40,711 bases of DNA from UHGV virus genome UHGV-1370040; one strand, given 5' to 3'. This stretch comes from a virus. Both the position numbers and the translations under genes were made by a program. Positions 1-9,605 of the stretch are shown here, in pieces. The first letter of the stretch is position 1; every line of letters begins with the position of its first letter. The notes under the pieces were generated by a model. It saw only the letters and a list, made by a program, of their open reading frames with translations, was not told where the DNA came from and did not search any database.

Positions 1-2
1 AA

Positions 3-2846
3 GTTGATAGAACAGGACAAAAAGGCGGCCGATCTCTTGGGAGCATATGGACGTCGTTTGCTGGTAACTTTTTAGCCAGCGGAGCTACTAAAATCATCTC
101 AAAAGGAATTGGGCTGATTACCAGTAATATTGACGGAGCTATCAATCGTGTAGATACGTTAAACAACGCAAATCGCGTATTTGAAAATATGGGCTTTTCA
201 GCTGGCGAAACATCCAAAACAATGGATAGCTTAAAGAAAAGTATCCAAGGGTTGCCTACACCTTTAGACAGTGCAATTAAAGGTGTTCAATTAATTGCTT
301 CGTCTACAAACGACTTAGGGAAGTCAGAACAAATTTTTGCAGCTTTAAATAATGGAATTCTCGGTTTTGGTGGTTCTGCTGAAATGGTAGAAAATGCTAT
401 TATCCAGCTGTCCCAATCGTTCTCAAATGGTAAAGTAGATGCGCAAACTTGGAATTCAATGATTAATAGTGGTTTAGGACCAGCATTAAACGCTTTAGCA
501 AAACAGATGGGATTAACAGCTGGTCAGATGAAAGAAGGTCTCTCCGATGGTTCAATTTCAGTTGAAGAATTCCAAGATGCTTTAATCAAATTAAATAAAG
601 AAGGCGGTGGCGGTCTTAAATCATTAGAACAGATTGCTAAAGACTCTACTGCAGGTATTAAAACCGGATTGGCTAACATGAAAACTGCGATTGTTCGTGG
701 TGTGGCCAATGTTGTTACTAAAATTGACGAAGGCTTAAAAAGTGCGGGCTTTGGAAGTATTAGTGAAATCATCGCTGATAAAGGGGCAAAGATGGAAGCA
801 GCTTTATCTAAGTTTGCTGAAATGATTCCACCAATGATAAAAACAGTCAAAGAGTTATATGATACCTTGGAACCTTTTGCGCCTGTACTTGCAGGCCTTG
901 CTGGAAGTATCGGTACCATGATGACAATCAACAAGGTAAATAGCTTAGTAGAAGATGCAGTAAAAGGATATAAAAATTGGCGTGCCGCTACTGAGGGAGT
1001 TACAACAGCTCAAAAAATTCTAAATACTGTGATGAAAGCAAATTGGATCGGCATCATTGTTTCTGCAATCGTTGGTTTGATTGTTTACATTGGTTATCTG
1101 TGGAAAACTAATGAAAACTTTAGAGAAGCGGTTAAAAATATTTGGAAAAATATACAAGAATTTATTTCTAGTGCTGCAGAAACAGTTGTGAAAGCTTGGG
1201 ATTCCACAATGAAATTTTTCAGTAACATGTGGGATGGCACAAAAGAGGCTTTTTCGAATGCTGGCACATGGATGAAAGAAGCACCTGGAAATGCAGCCGA
1301 CTGGGTTAAAAATAAGTGGAACGGTACTAAGGAATTTTTCAGTGGACTTTGGAATTCAACAAAAGAAGGCTCAAAAAATACATGGGAAAATATTAAACAA
1401 AGTGCTGCTGACAGTGCTAAAAGTGTTGGAGAAAGTTTTAAAAATGGCTTTGATAATGTGAAAGATTGGTTTAAGGGTGTTGGAAAATCAATATCAGATG
1501 TTTTCACAACAGCATTTGATTTTGTCTGGAAATATATTGGTCCATATGTAACAGGAATCAAAAATGCGTTTAAAATGGTTGTTAACGCTATGAAAGCGAA
1601 CATTGAAAATGTCAAAATGATCGCTGAAAATGTCGTCACCATTCTAAAAAATGTTCTATTAGCTCCAATTCTTTTCATTACATCAATGATCACAGGTGGA
1701 TGGGAAGAGGCAAAAGAAAACATGATTGCCGTTTGGGATAATATTGCTGAAGCTGCTCAGACTATTTGGTTCGGGATTAAAAATATCTTTTATAACACTG
1801 TTACAGCTATTTCCTATTCAGTCACTTCTATTTTTAATGGATTGATGTTGACAATTAAAAAGATTTGGATTGATGTGAAGTTATTTTTCACCTTACTCTG
1901 GATTGACATTAAATATGGAGCGATCAACGTTTGGATTGAAATTAAATATTCTATCATCGAAACGTGGATAAATATTAAATTTGAAGCAATTAGAATATGG
2001 GAAAGTTTGAAAACTTGGTTCTTTGAAACAGTAGAAAACATTAAAAATGGTGTAATTGATGGTTGGAATAACTTAAAACAAGGCACAGTTGATACATTTA
2101 ACGCAACTGTTCAATGGTCAAAAGATACCTGGAATAATTTTAAACAGTGGATTGTTGATCTTGTGACAGGTATAAAAGACGGCATCATTAACGGTTGGGA
2201 AAACTTAAAACAGGGAACAATTAATATTTTCAACAATTTGGTACAAGGTGCTAAAAATGCGTGGAATAATCTTAAAAGAAGCGTTAGTGATACAGTTGAA
2301 AATGTGAAGCAAACCTTTAATGATATGCGCCATATCGATTTATTTGAAATTGGTAAAAATATTATCCAAGGATTAGTTAACGGTATTGGTTCAATGATTG
2401 GTGCTGTGAATAAAAAAATTAAAGAAGTTGCTGGTAATATTAAAGAAAAAATCAAAGGTGCTTTAGGCATTCATTCACCTTCAAGATGGATGCGGGATAT
2501 GATTGGTAAAAATATTGTATTAGGTGTTGTAGCTGGTATTGACCAAGAAAAAGGAACGCTTGACAAATCAGTGAAAAAAATGACCGATTTACCAACAGAG
2601 TTACCAAATTTTTCTACTACTGGCAGATATATCAACCAACAAGGAGCTCAAACAGAAAGCTTAGCTAAAAATAAAGGTAATGCTACGACTAATATTGGCG
2701 GTGATACTTTCAATATCAATATACAAGCTATGGGAAAATTAAATGAAAAACAATTAATGGATATGGCTAAAGACCTCGTTAAGTATATTCAAATTGTTAA
2801 AAATAGAGATAGTGATGCAACGGGGGGTGCTTTTGGTGGAATTTAA
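3..2846 (+). CDS. tail tape measure protein, 5'-partial; the frame is open from base 3, so the gene starts upstream of the window
   Basis: No stop between base 3 and the ATG at 189 in this frame. Long, with a W/N/K-rich roughly 11-residue periodic repeat (W-N-[TN]-K-E-F-F-S...). Sits immediately upstream of Dit and the tail lysin. Central hydrophobic stretch WIGIIVSAIVGLIVYIGYLW. Confidence 0.85.
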   Translation, partial: VDRTGQKGGRSLGSIWTSFAGNFLASGATKIISKGIGLITSNIDGAINRVDTLNNANRVFENMGFSAGETSKTMDSLKKSIQGLPTPLDSAIKGVQLIASSTNDLGKSEQIFAALNNGILGFGGSAEMVENAIIQLSQSFSNGKVDAQTWNSMINSGLGPALNALAKQMGLTAGQMKEGLSDGSISVEEFQDALIKLNKEGGGGLKSLEQIAKDSTAGIKTGLANMKTAIVRGVANVVTKIDEGLKSAGFGSISEIIADKGAKMEAALSKFAEMIPPMIKTVKELYDTLEPFAPVLAGLAGSIGTMMTINKVNSLVEDAVKGYKNWRAATEGVTTAQKILNTVMKANWIGIIVSAIVGLIVYIGYLWKTNENFREAVKNIWKNIQEFISSAAETVVKAWDSTMKFFSNMWDGTKEAFSNAGTWMKEAPGNAADWVKNKWNGTKEFFSGLWNSTKEGSKNTWENIKQSAADSAKSVGESFKNGFDNVKDWFKGVGKSISDVFTTAFDFVWKYIGPYVTGIKNAFKMVVNAMKANIENVKMIAENVVTILKNVLLAPILFITSMITGGWEEAKENMIAVWDNIAEAAQTIWFGIKNIFYNTVTAISYSVTSIFNGLMLTIKKIWIDVKLFFTLLWIDIKYGAINVWIEIKYSIIETWINIKFEAIRIWESLKTWFFETVENIKNGVIDGWNNLKQGTVDTFNATVQWSKDTWNNFKQWIVDLVTGIKDGIINGWENLKQGTINIFNNLVQGAKNAWNNLKRSVSDTVENVKQTFNDMRHIDLFEIGKNIIQGLVNGIGSMIGAVNKKIKEVAGNIKEKIKGALGIHSPSRWMRDMIGKNIVLGVVAGIDQEKGTLDKSVKKMTDLPTELPNFSTTGRYINQQGAQTESLAKNKGNATTNIGGDTFNINIQAMGKLNEKQLMDMAKDLVKYIQIVKNRDSDATGGAFGGI

Positions 2847-3570
2847 AAGAGGACAGTTTTTTCTTAATGGAAAACATAGTTCTGAATTCAATGTATTTAT
2901 GAGAGAAAGACCTGAACGACTTTCTGCAGGACGTGTGGTAGAGCTTAGGGAGCGAATGGGTAATGATTCAATAGCCGTTGATTTTGCATATTATAAAAAT
3001 GTAGAACGTACCATTACATGCTATGCGAAAGCAAATACTTTACAAGAAGTTTCTTTTTTAGAAGATGAAATTTCCTTTTGGCTCGATATGGGAAACTATT
3101 CTGATTTTATTGTCTATTTTGATGAGCATTATATTTATCAGGCGATTGTAACGAGTCCACCAAAATTTACAGGAACAAGAAAAAGCGGGGTTTTAATTCC
3201 TTTTGAATTTACTGTAAGTATCCGACCTTTTAAGAAAAATCGTATTGGCCAATATTGGATAAGTAATCCTAATCAGTTAATCAATACAGAAAAATATCCT
3301 TCAGAACCCATTATTCAGATTTTGGGGTCTGGGGATATTTCTTTTTTTATCAATAATCAATCATATTCATTAAAAGCAATTAACGGTGACATCATTATAG
3401 ATTCAGAAAAACAAGAAGCTTATAGAAAATCAGGCGGAGTATTTGAAATCTTGGATCATAAAACACTTTTTAAAGATTATCCGATTTTAAAATGTGGAGA
3501 GAATAATTTTCGCTGGACTGGTAAAGTAACAGAGTTTAAGGTTCAGCCGAATTGGAGGCGAAAGGTTTGA
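2836..3570 (+). CDS. distal tail protein (Dit). Likely GTG start at 2836 after a GGGGGG RBS; the ORF track extends to 2794 but overlaps the TMP end
   Basis: Position TMP-Dit-Tal, about 245 aa. N-terminus ..F.LNGKHSSEF matches the usual Dit start (M..F.FNG.SS.DFG). The overlap with the TMP stop is typical of tail operons. Confidence 0.65.
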   Translation: MEFKRGQFFLNGKHSSEFNVFMRERPERLSAGRVVELRERMGNDSIAVDFAYYKNVERTITCYAKANTLQEVSFLEDEISFWLDMGNYSDFIVYFDEHYIYQAIVTSPPKFTGTRKSGVLIPFEFTVSIRPFKKNRIGQYWISNPNQLINTEKYPSEPIIQILGSGDISFFINNQSYSLKAINGDIIIDSEKQEAYRKSGGVFEILDHKTLFKDYPILKCGENNFRWTGKVTEFKVQPNWRRKV

Positions 3571-6359
3571 TTCCAGTTATTTTTAAACCTGGAGAAAAAG
3601 ATTTTTCAACAAATGGATTAGGACGTCTTGTTGATGCGACACGTTGCGAAATCACTGAAGAAGCAAACGGAAAATATGAACTAGAAATGGACTATCCAGC
3701 GATTAGCAGATTTAGTGATTATTTCGAAAATGGCTATCAAATTAAAGCAAAGCCAAATGACTTAGAAGAATACCACATTTTTGAGATCAAACAAACGTTT
3801 AAAGATACTTTTACTAATAGCATTGTTATTTATGCCCAATCTCGTACTTATAAGCTAGGAAACAGACAAGTGAGGCTAGTAACAGTTGATAATCGTAATG
3901 GTGCAGAAGCAATGAAATTAATCGAACAGAACATGGACGAACCTTGTGATATCAAACTATATTCTGATATAAATACAGCTTCTAGCACTACATTTGAAGC
4001 TAGAAATGTATTGAATTGTATTGCAGGGGAACAAGGTTCTCTACTTCAATACTGGGGCGGAGAAATAAAACGAGAGCCTTTTAAATTATCTTTGCTAAGG
4101 CGTAGAGGACGAGATAACGTTGGAACTGTTCGTTATGGTAAAGATTTAAAAGGATTAACCATTAAATTTGATTGGCAATCAATTGTTACTAAAGTTTTGC
4201 CATTTGCAGAGCTTCAAAGTGGAGCAGACGGAACTTCTCAACGGATTTATGGAAATGCAGTTAAAAGCGAATATATCAGTAAGTATCCTGATGTTTACGC
4301 TCAATACATTCAGTTTACTGAAGATCAAGGAGTAAAAGATATAGCTAGCTTAAATAAAGTGGCAAGTAAATACTTCACTACATTATATCCAGGAAGTGAT
4401 AAGCCTAAAGTTTCTATTGAATTAGAAATTGAGAAACTTACAGATTCAGAAGAAGCAAAAGAATTTGCTAAGATGCGTAACTATAATTTATTCGATACAT
4501 TCACTGTATACCACAAGCATTATGATATTGACATTCAAACGAAAGTTACAGGAATTGTCTATGATGCTTTAGCAGAAAAAACAATAAAAATCACTGCGGG
4601 AGATATCCAAGTTGCTTTTTATAAACAGCAAAGCCAAGACTTTCAAGAAGCTATAAAAACATTGACAAAAAAAGAGTATATGAGTGATTTTGTAGATTAT
4701 ATTACTAATTTGATTAACGGTGTTGAAGGTGGAAGTATACTTCAATATCCTAAAAATCGACCTAATACCCATTATTACTTAGATACGGAATCCACGGATA
4801 CTGCAAAAGATGTGATTGCAATTAATAACAAAGGAATTGGATTCTCAAGAACTGGTTGGAAAGGTCCATTTAAAAATGCGTGGGGAATTAATGGAGTATT
4901 GAATGCGGACTTTATAGGAGCTGGCAAAATAAAATCTAATATTTTTGAAACATCATTTAATAGCTGTGGAGATATTTTACGTATGGTAAACGGTACTTTA
5001 CAAGCTTGGAATAATAAGAAAAAAATCATGGAATTAACTAAAAAAGGGATGGAGTTTTGGAATGGTAATAGTCACGTTGGCACGATGGGAACAAAGGGAA
5101 ATCCTTTTCCAGGATTAGCAGATAAAAATGGAAATCCTGTAGTTTCTGATGGGAATTCATTGCTATTAGTCGCAGATAATCCCCAAAAAATTATTGGTTT
5201 GTCTAACCAATCAGGAACAGGACATTTAATTACTGGTCCTACACAGTTTTTTGTTGGAAATAATTTTAACTTTTTTGGTCCGAATGGAAGTAAAGCAATT
5301 CTGACAGTTGATCGATTGATTGTGGGCGGTAAAGAAGTTATCCCTGGTCAAAATGGTGGTGGTGGTTCTGGAGCTGGTACAGGTGGTTATCCATCAGAAG
5401 TTACAAGCGATGCAGATAAATTTGCTTGGGACTTATGGAGTTACCTATTAGCTAACGGATACAGCAAAGCAGCTGCTGCAGGTATCCTCGGAAATGTACA
5501 AGGAGAAGTTGGTCCAAGTATGAACCCAGATACCGAACAAATAGGCGGTCCAGCTTACGGATGGGTTCAATGGGACGGTTCAGCATATCCATTGGTAGGC
5601 GCACCAACTTGGAATGGCCGAGAATATGTACAACGCTTAATCGCAGCTGCAGGTATCAAACAAGACTATAGGACGTCATTAGCCCAAGCTCAATTAATTA
5701 ATTGGTGTATGTTCAATGGGCAATGGTTAGGACAAGTAAGTCCATTAACAGTTGATGAATTTAAAGTTGTCAGCTCGCCTAAAACAGCTGCTTATGCGTT
5801 TGAATTAAACTTTGAACGTCCAGCTGCAGCACATCCAGAAAGACAAACCTATGCACAAGTATGGTATGACAAATTCAAAGATTTGAAAGCTTCTACTGCA
5901 ACAGGAAAAGCTGGCATAGAACATTTGGAGACCTTAATGGGCAAATGGCTTGGTAATGGGCAATGTTATGCCGTTCCAGCCGAATATTCTGGTTTTATGG
6001 GCGGCTGCGGTTTAGGTGCAGGAACAATTTATGGCTTTTCACATGTAATTGGTGATACATCATCTGCTGCAGATATTGGTGAAGCATATGATTGGAATGC
6101 GGTAGGTTGGCGAGTAATCCAAAATCCAACGTATCAAGATTTAGTAGTAGGAGCAATCGTCAATATTAGACGAGGTGGCCAATGGGGAACAGGTTGGACA
6201 GTAGACCCAACATATGGTCACACGGGCGTGATTTACGGATTAAATAACGGACGTATCCAAACCATAGAACAGAACGCCGAGCAAGGGCAAATTGTCGCAA
6301 AATATGACCGATTATATTTTGCTAATTCTATTCAATCGATTGTTATTCCACCAAAATAA
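3552..6359 (+). CDS. tail-associated lysin (Tal): N-terminal prophage tail endopeptidase domain, Gly-rich linker, lysozyme-like domain, C-terminal CHAP peptidase. An alternative TTG start at 3567 follows a GGAGG RBS
   Basis: N-terminus IPVIF..E.DFSTNGLG.L.DATRCEITEE.NGKYELEMDYP is the PF06605-type tail endopeptidase signature. Linker GQNGGGGSGAGTGG. AAAGILGNVQGE...GWVQWDG is lysozyme-like. CHAP motif: Cys in NGQCYAVP, His in GHTGVIYG. Confidence 0.8.
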   Translation: MEAKGLIPVIFKPGEKDFSTNGLGRLVDATRCEITEEANGKYELEMDYPAISRFSDYFENGYQIKAKPNDLEEYHIFEIKQTFKDTFTNSIVIYAQSRTYKLGNRQVRLVTVDNRNGAEAMKLIEQNMDEPCDIKLYSDINTASSTTFEARNVLNCIAGEQGSLLQYWGGEIKREPFKLSLLRRRGRDNVGTVRYGKDLKGLTIKFDWQSIVTKVLPFAELQSGADGTSQRIYGNAVKSEYISKYPDVYAQYIQFTEDQGVKDIASLNKVASKYFTTLYPGSDKPKVSIELEIEKLTDSEEAKEFAKMRNYNLFDTFTVYHKHYDIDIQTKVTGIVYDALAEKTIKITAGDIQVAFYKQQSQDFQEAIKTLTKKEYMSDFVDYITNLINGVEGGSILQYPKNRPNTHYYLDTESTDTAKDVIAINNKGIGFSRTGWKGPFKNAWGINGVLNADFIGAGKIKSNIFETSFNSCGDILRMVNGTLQAWNNKKKIMELTKKGMEFWNGNSHVGTMGTKGNPFPGLADKNGNPVVSDGNSLLLVADNPQKIIGLSNQSGTGHLITGPTQFFVGNNFNFFGPNGSKAILTVDRLIVGGKEVIPGQNGGGGSGAGTGGYPSEVTSDADKFAWDLWSYLLANGYSKAAAAGILGNVQGEVGPSMNPDTEQIGGPAYGWVQWDGSAYPLVGAPTWNGREYVQRLIAAAGIKQDYRTSLAQAQLINWCMFNGQWLGQVSPLTVDEFKVVSSPKTAAYAFELNFERPAAAHPERQTYAQVWYDKFKDLKASTATGKAGIEHLETLMGKWLGNGQCYAVPAEYSGFMGGCGLGAGTIYGFSHVIGDTSSAADIGEAYDWNAVGWRVIQNPTYQDLVVGAIVNIRRGGQWGTGWTVDPTYGHTGVIYGLNNGRIQTIEQNAEQGQIVAKYDRLYFANSIQSIVIPPK

Positions 6360-6377
6360 CGAAAGGAGGATTTTTCA

Positions 6378-7259
6378 ATGGTTAAATGGCAAGCAACGCT
6401 AAGTACAACCGAACCATACAACTATGTCGGTATTATTAATGTGCGTCAAGGGAATAAGAACACAGAAGTCTTAGAAGTAACTATTACAGAAAATTCTTTG
6501 CTGTCAGATTTAACAGACGGTAAAGTTTTTTTTGAATCGCATATTGATAATAAATTTCCGATTCAACGACCAACAAAAATCATAGATGCTAAAAAAGGGA
6601 TTATTCACTATACCTTCGACGAATATTCTATGCAGTCGTTACACAGACAAGAAGCTTATTTTAGTATTTACAAAGGCGACGATTTAATCGGCACAACGCA
6701 GAATTTTTCTTATTTCGTAATAAACGCTGCTTCTAAAACAGAAGGTGAAATGGGTTCTTATTGGCAGTCCATTGAAGATTTAATCGCGGACATGACCGCT
6801 TTTATCAACGAAAATAAGGGCGATTTTACTGATTGGATGAATGCCAGAAAAGATGAGTTCGAAGCGTGGCGAGATGCGCAAAAAACAGATTTCACTTCAT
6901 GGTTCGAATCAATCAAAGATATTTTAAAAACGATTGATCCTGGCGGTACGATGTTAGCCGAGCTAATGGATGCACGTGTAGACATTCAAGGAGTGCGCCA
7001 CAATTCGATTTCTGAACGTTTATTGGCAGATATGGAATATTTGTATCAGAAATTAGAAAAACGTTTGTATGCGTTAGAATATGGCGAAATAAGTGACTTG
7101 ATTATTTTACAAGATGATGCTTTCTCGCTGAATCATGAAACAGAAATTGTTGGAACAGTTGATTATCCTGCGATTGATGGGGCATTGGTTATCGCAACAG
7201 TTGATGATACAAAACAGAACGCTTATGTGTTTGAAAAAGTGGGTGAAATAAGTGGTTAA
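6378..7259 (+). CDS. upper baseplate / tail fibre protein (BppU-like N-terminal domain)
   Basis: Lies downstream of Tal. C-terminus ..YVFEKVGEISG shares the FEKVGE motif with the next two ORFs. Confidence 0.5.
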   Translation: MVKWQATLSTTEPYNYVGIINVRQGNKNTEVLEVTITENSLLSDLTDGKVFFESHIDNKFPIQRPTKIIDAKKGIIHYTFDEYSMQSLHRQEAYFSIYKGDDLIGTTQNFSYFVINAASKTEGEMGSYWQSIEDLIADMTAFINENKGDFTDWMNARKDEFEAWRDAQKTDFTSWFESIKDILKTIDPGGTMLAELMDARVDIQGVRHNSISERLLADMEYLYQKLEKRLYALEYGEISDLIILQDDAFSLNHETEIVGTVDYPAIDGALVIATVDDTKQNAYVFEKVGEISG

Positions 7260-7848
7260 AGTAAAACGAATGATGGAAACCGAAGAAAATGGCGTGGAAC
7301 GTCAGTTTTATCCTATTACACATGCATCCGCTGTTCGAGGATTAGAAAAAATTATTGCGGGTCAATCAAAAGTATTATCTGTTAATGGATACACTGGGGC
7401 AGTAATTATCACTAAAGCAGATTTAGGCTTAGAAAATGCACTGACAGAACTTCCTTATGCGACAGAAGAAACAGACGGTATTATCACTGCTGAAATGTTT
7501 CAACGATTGTCAAATGGCGAGGGAGGCGTTTATATTCTTCCAATCGCTACCACAGACGAACTGGGCGGAATAAAGGTTGGCCAACTGTTAGAAATTGCAG
7601 AAGACGGAACGTTGTCTGCGGTAAAGCAAACAGATCAAAATTTTACCACTGAACTAAAAGCAAAACTGGAAGAGTTGAAAGGTTATACCGCTGGAGCGAA
7701 TATCTCTATTTCAGAAGATGGGGTTATTTCAGCAACTGGTGGTGGCGATGGCGGCGGAGTGAATCAACAATATGTTGACCAAAAAGTTCAAGAAGCCATT
7801 GACAGAATACCTGATATTACGTTTGAGAAAGTAGGCGAAGTACAATGA
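7252..7848 (+). CDS. tail fibre-like protein, paralogous module 1
   Basis: N-terminal motif YPITHASAVRG and C-terminal motif ITFEKVGEV are shared with 7845-8132 and 8132-8623. Gly-rich GGGDGGG. Translationally coupled. Confidence 0.5.
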   Translation: MVKVKRMMETEENGVERQFYPITHASAVRGLEKIIAGQSKVLSVNGYTGAVIITKADLGLENALTELPYATEETDGIITAEMFQRLSNGEGGVYILPIATTDELGGIKVGQLLEIAEDGTLSAVKQTDQNFTTELKAKLEELKGYTAGANISISEDGVISATGGGDGGGVNQQYVDQKVQEAIDRIPDITFEKVGEVQ

Positions 7849-8132
7849 CAGATATTGTTAAATTAAAACAAGGAGGAATACCGGTATTTCCTCAAACACA
7901 TTGGAATGCTGTGGAAGGGAAACCAGAAGTATTAAAAGGTGAAAAGGGAGACCCAGGTCCACAAGGTCCAAAAGGAGATAAAGGAGACGTTGGTCCGCAA
8001 GGTCCAGCAGGGCAAAACGCAACAACGACAGACGTTGCAACCTCAATAAAAAATGGCTTGATGTCTAAAGAAGATAAAACAAAACTAGATGGATTGCCAG
8101 CAATTACGTTTGAAAAGGTAGGGGAAGTGTAA
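7845..8132 (+). CDS. collagen-like tail fibre protein (G-X-Y repeats)
   Basis: GEKGDPGPQGPKGDKGDVGPQGPAGQ is an uninterrupted run of Gly-X-Y triplets. Shared ends: N-terminus MTDIVKLKQGG...THWNAVEG, C-terminus ITFEKVGEV. The start overlaps the upstream stop. Confidence 0.6.
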   Translation: MTDIVKLKQGGIPVFPQTHWNAVEGKPEVLKGEKGDPGPQGPKGDKGDVGPQGPAGQNATTTDVATSIKNGLMSKEDKTKLDGLPAITFEKVGEV

Positions 8133-8623
8133 TGACAACAGATATTGTTCAATTAAAAGAAAAAGGAAAGTTTAAATATCTGAAAACACACGTTAATGCA
8201 GTTGATGGGCTTGAATCGTATCTAAAGAAAATAGATGCGGACAAAGCATATCAAAAAATCACCAAAAAAGAACCGTTGTGGACGGGCGCTTGGTATGGTG
8301 CGGCTGCAGGAAGTGGTCAAGTACCTTCTAAGTCTCTATCACAGTGTGAGAATGGTTGGATTTTGCAATGGCAAGAATATACCAAAGAAGGAACTTTGAA
8401 CGGCGCATGTTATCACTTTTTCGTTATTCCTAAACAGCATGCACAGAACCCAGGTTCTGGAGGCGTTATTTTCCTATTACATGGATACTATACTAATTTA
8501 GTACGGAAATATTTATATATTAAGGATACTAAAATTACAGGTAATGATATGAATGCCTCTTCTAGTGATACGGCTGGTTCAGGCAGTAAAATGTTTGCGT
8601 TAAGTGCGATTTATGAATACTAG
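8132..8623 (+). CDS. tail fibre / receptor-binding tip candidate, paralogous module 3
   Basis: N-terminus MTTDIVQLKEKG..YLKTHVNAVDG is paralogous to the N-termini of the two preceding ORFs. The divergent C-terminal body is typical of RBP modules. Confidence 0.45.
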   Translation: MTTDIVQLKEKGKFKYLKTHVNAVDGLESYLKKIDADKAYQKITKKEPLWTGAWYGAAAGSGQVPSKSLSQCENGWILQWQEYTKEGTLNGACYHFFVIPKQHAQNPGSGGVIFLLHGYYTNLVRKYLYIKDTKITGNDMNASSSDTAGSGSKMFALSAIYEY

Positions 8624-8636
8624 GAGGAAAGAGAAC

Positions 8637-9032
8637 ATGAAAATTTGGATTGATGATATTCAAGGTTATTTAGACGGATATTCCACAATGGAACAACCGA
8701 ATAAAATTGAACTTGAAGTAGAAAAAGAACCAACAGATTTTTTTAATTATCGCTGGGACGGAACAAGCTTAATATACGATCCTGACAATGTGCCAGAACC
8801 AGAGCCAGCACCACCAACCGACATTGAAGTATTACAAGCAGAAAATGCGGAATTAAAACAATTGAATTCAAAACTCATGGTTAATGATGTGAATTTAAAA
8901 AAAGAGCTTTCAGAAGTAACGAAAAAAGCAGATAATTTTGCGCAAATTAGTGCAAAATCAATGCTTGCTATTAATCAATTAACCAATCGGGTAAAAGAAA
9001 TTAACGAAAAATTAGCAGAAGGAGTGGAATAA
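8637..9032 (+). CDS. hypothetical coiled-coil protein in the XkdW-like position; start at ATG 8637 after RBS TAGGAGGAAA
   Basis: Pro-rich PEPEPAPP linker followed by a heptad-like helical segment. Position between fibres and XkdX. Confidence 0.4.
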   Translation: MKIWIDDIQGYLDGYSTMEQPNKIELEVEKEPTDFFNYRWDGTSLIYDPDNVPEPEPAPPTDIEVLQAENAELKQLNSKLMVNDVNLKKELSEVTKKADNFAQISAKSMLAINQLTNRVKEINEKLAEGVE

Positions 9033-9033
9033 A

Positions 9034-9171
9034 ATGTTTACATTTGATGACATTAAAATGATGTATGACTGGGGCTGTTTTACAGATGAACAAGTTGCAG
9101 AATTTGTACCACTTTGTATAACAGAAGATGAATTTACAAAAATGACAGGAAAACCGTTTAGCAAAGGCTAA
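9034..9171 (+). CDS. XkdX-family small phage protein (45 aa)
   Basis: MFTFDDIKMMYDWGCFTDEQVAEFVPLCITEDEFTKMTGKPFSKG matches the XkdX pattern (..IK..YD.G..T.EQV..FV..G.IT.EE...ITG). GGAG RBS. Lies immediately before the holin. Not in the ORF track because it is under 60 aa. Confidence 0.6.
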   Translation: MFTFDDIKMMYDWGCFTDEQVAEFVPLCITEDEFTKMTGKPFSKG

Positions 9172-9191
9172 GCGGTTTTTATTATTGGAAG

Positions 9192-9605
9192 GTGGAAGAC
9201 ATGGTGATTATTGATAATCAAGCGTTAATAGCAGAATTTAAAAATTTAATTTCAAACGGCTTTATCCAAGTGTTTGTTTGGATTGTGTTAGGAGATATTG
9301 CAACAGGTATTTGTAAGGGAATCTACAGGGAAGAAGGAAATAGTACAAAGGGATTACCTGGATTAATTAAACATTTACTTGTTGTATGTTTAGTTATAGT
9401 GACCTATCCATATTTAAAAATAATGGGATTCTCATCTATTGCTGATGGTTTTGTTTTATTTTACATTGCTGTTTATGGTCTTTCGATTACAGAAAACTTA
9501 GGGCAGCTAGGTGTTCCGTTACCTTCTTGGGTTAAAAATCATCTAAGCAAATTAAAAGATGAAAATGATAAAGGAGGTGAACCGAAAGATGGTACAGGTA
9601 ATTAA
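9192..9605 (+). CDS. holin
   Basis: Three predicted TM helices (FIQVFVWIVLGDIATGI, LLVVCLVIVTYPYL, FVLFYIAVYGLSI) and a charged C-terminus. Lies immediately upstream of and overlapping the endolysin gene. Confidence 0.75.
   Translation: MEDMVIIDNQALIAEFKNLISNGFIQVFVWIVLGDIATGICKGIYREEGNSTKGLPGLIKHLLVVCLVIVTYPYLKIMGFSSIADGFVLFYIAVYGLSITENLGQLGVPLPSWVKNHLSKLKDENDKGGEPKDGTGN

Noticed and set aside
524-2470. Four minus-strand ORFs (524-934, 1094-1723, 1814-2086, 2111-2470) inside the tape measure gene
   Set aside because: They are antisense to a long, clearly coding, repeat-rich gene. They have no RBS, and their products are low-complexity hydrophobic or Pro/Ser-rich. They are artefacts of the repetitive TMP codon pattern.
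7858-8152. Minus-strand ORFs 7858-8046 and 7892-8152, antisense to the collagen-like gene
   Set aside because: GGN-rich Gly-X-Y coding on the plus strand leaves open frames on the opposite strand. There are no translation signals.
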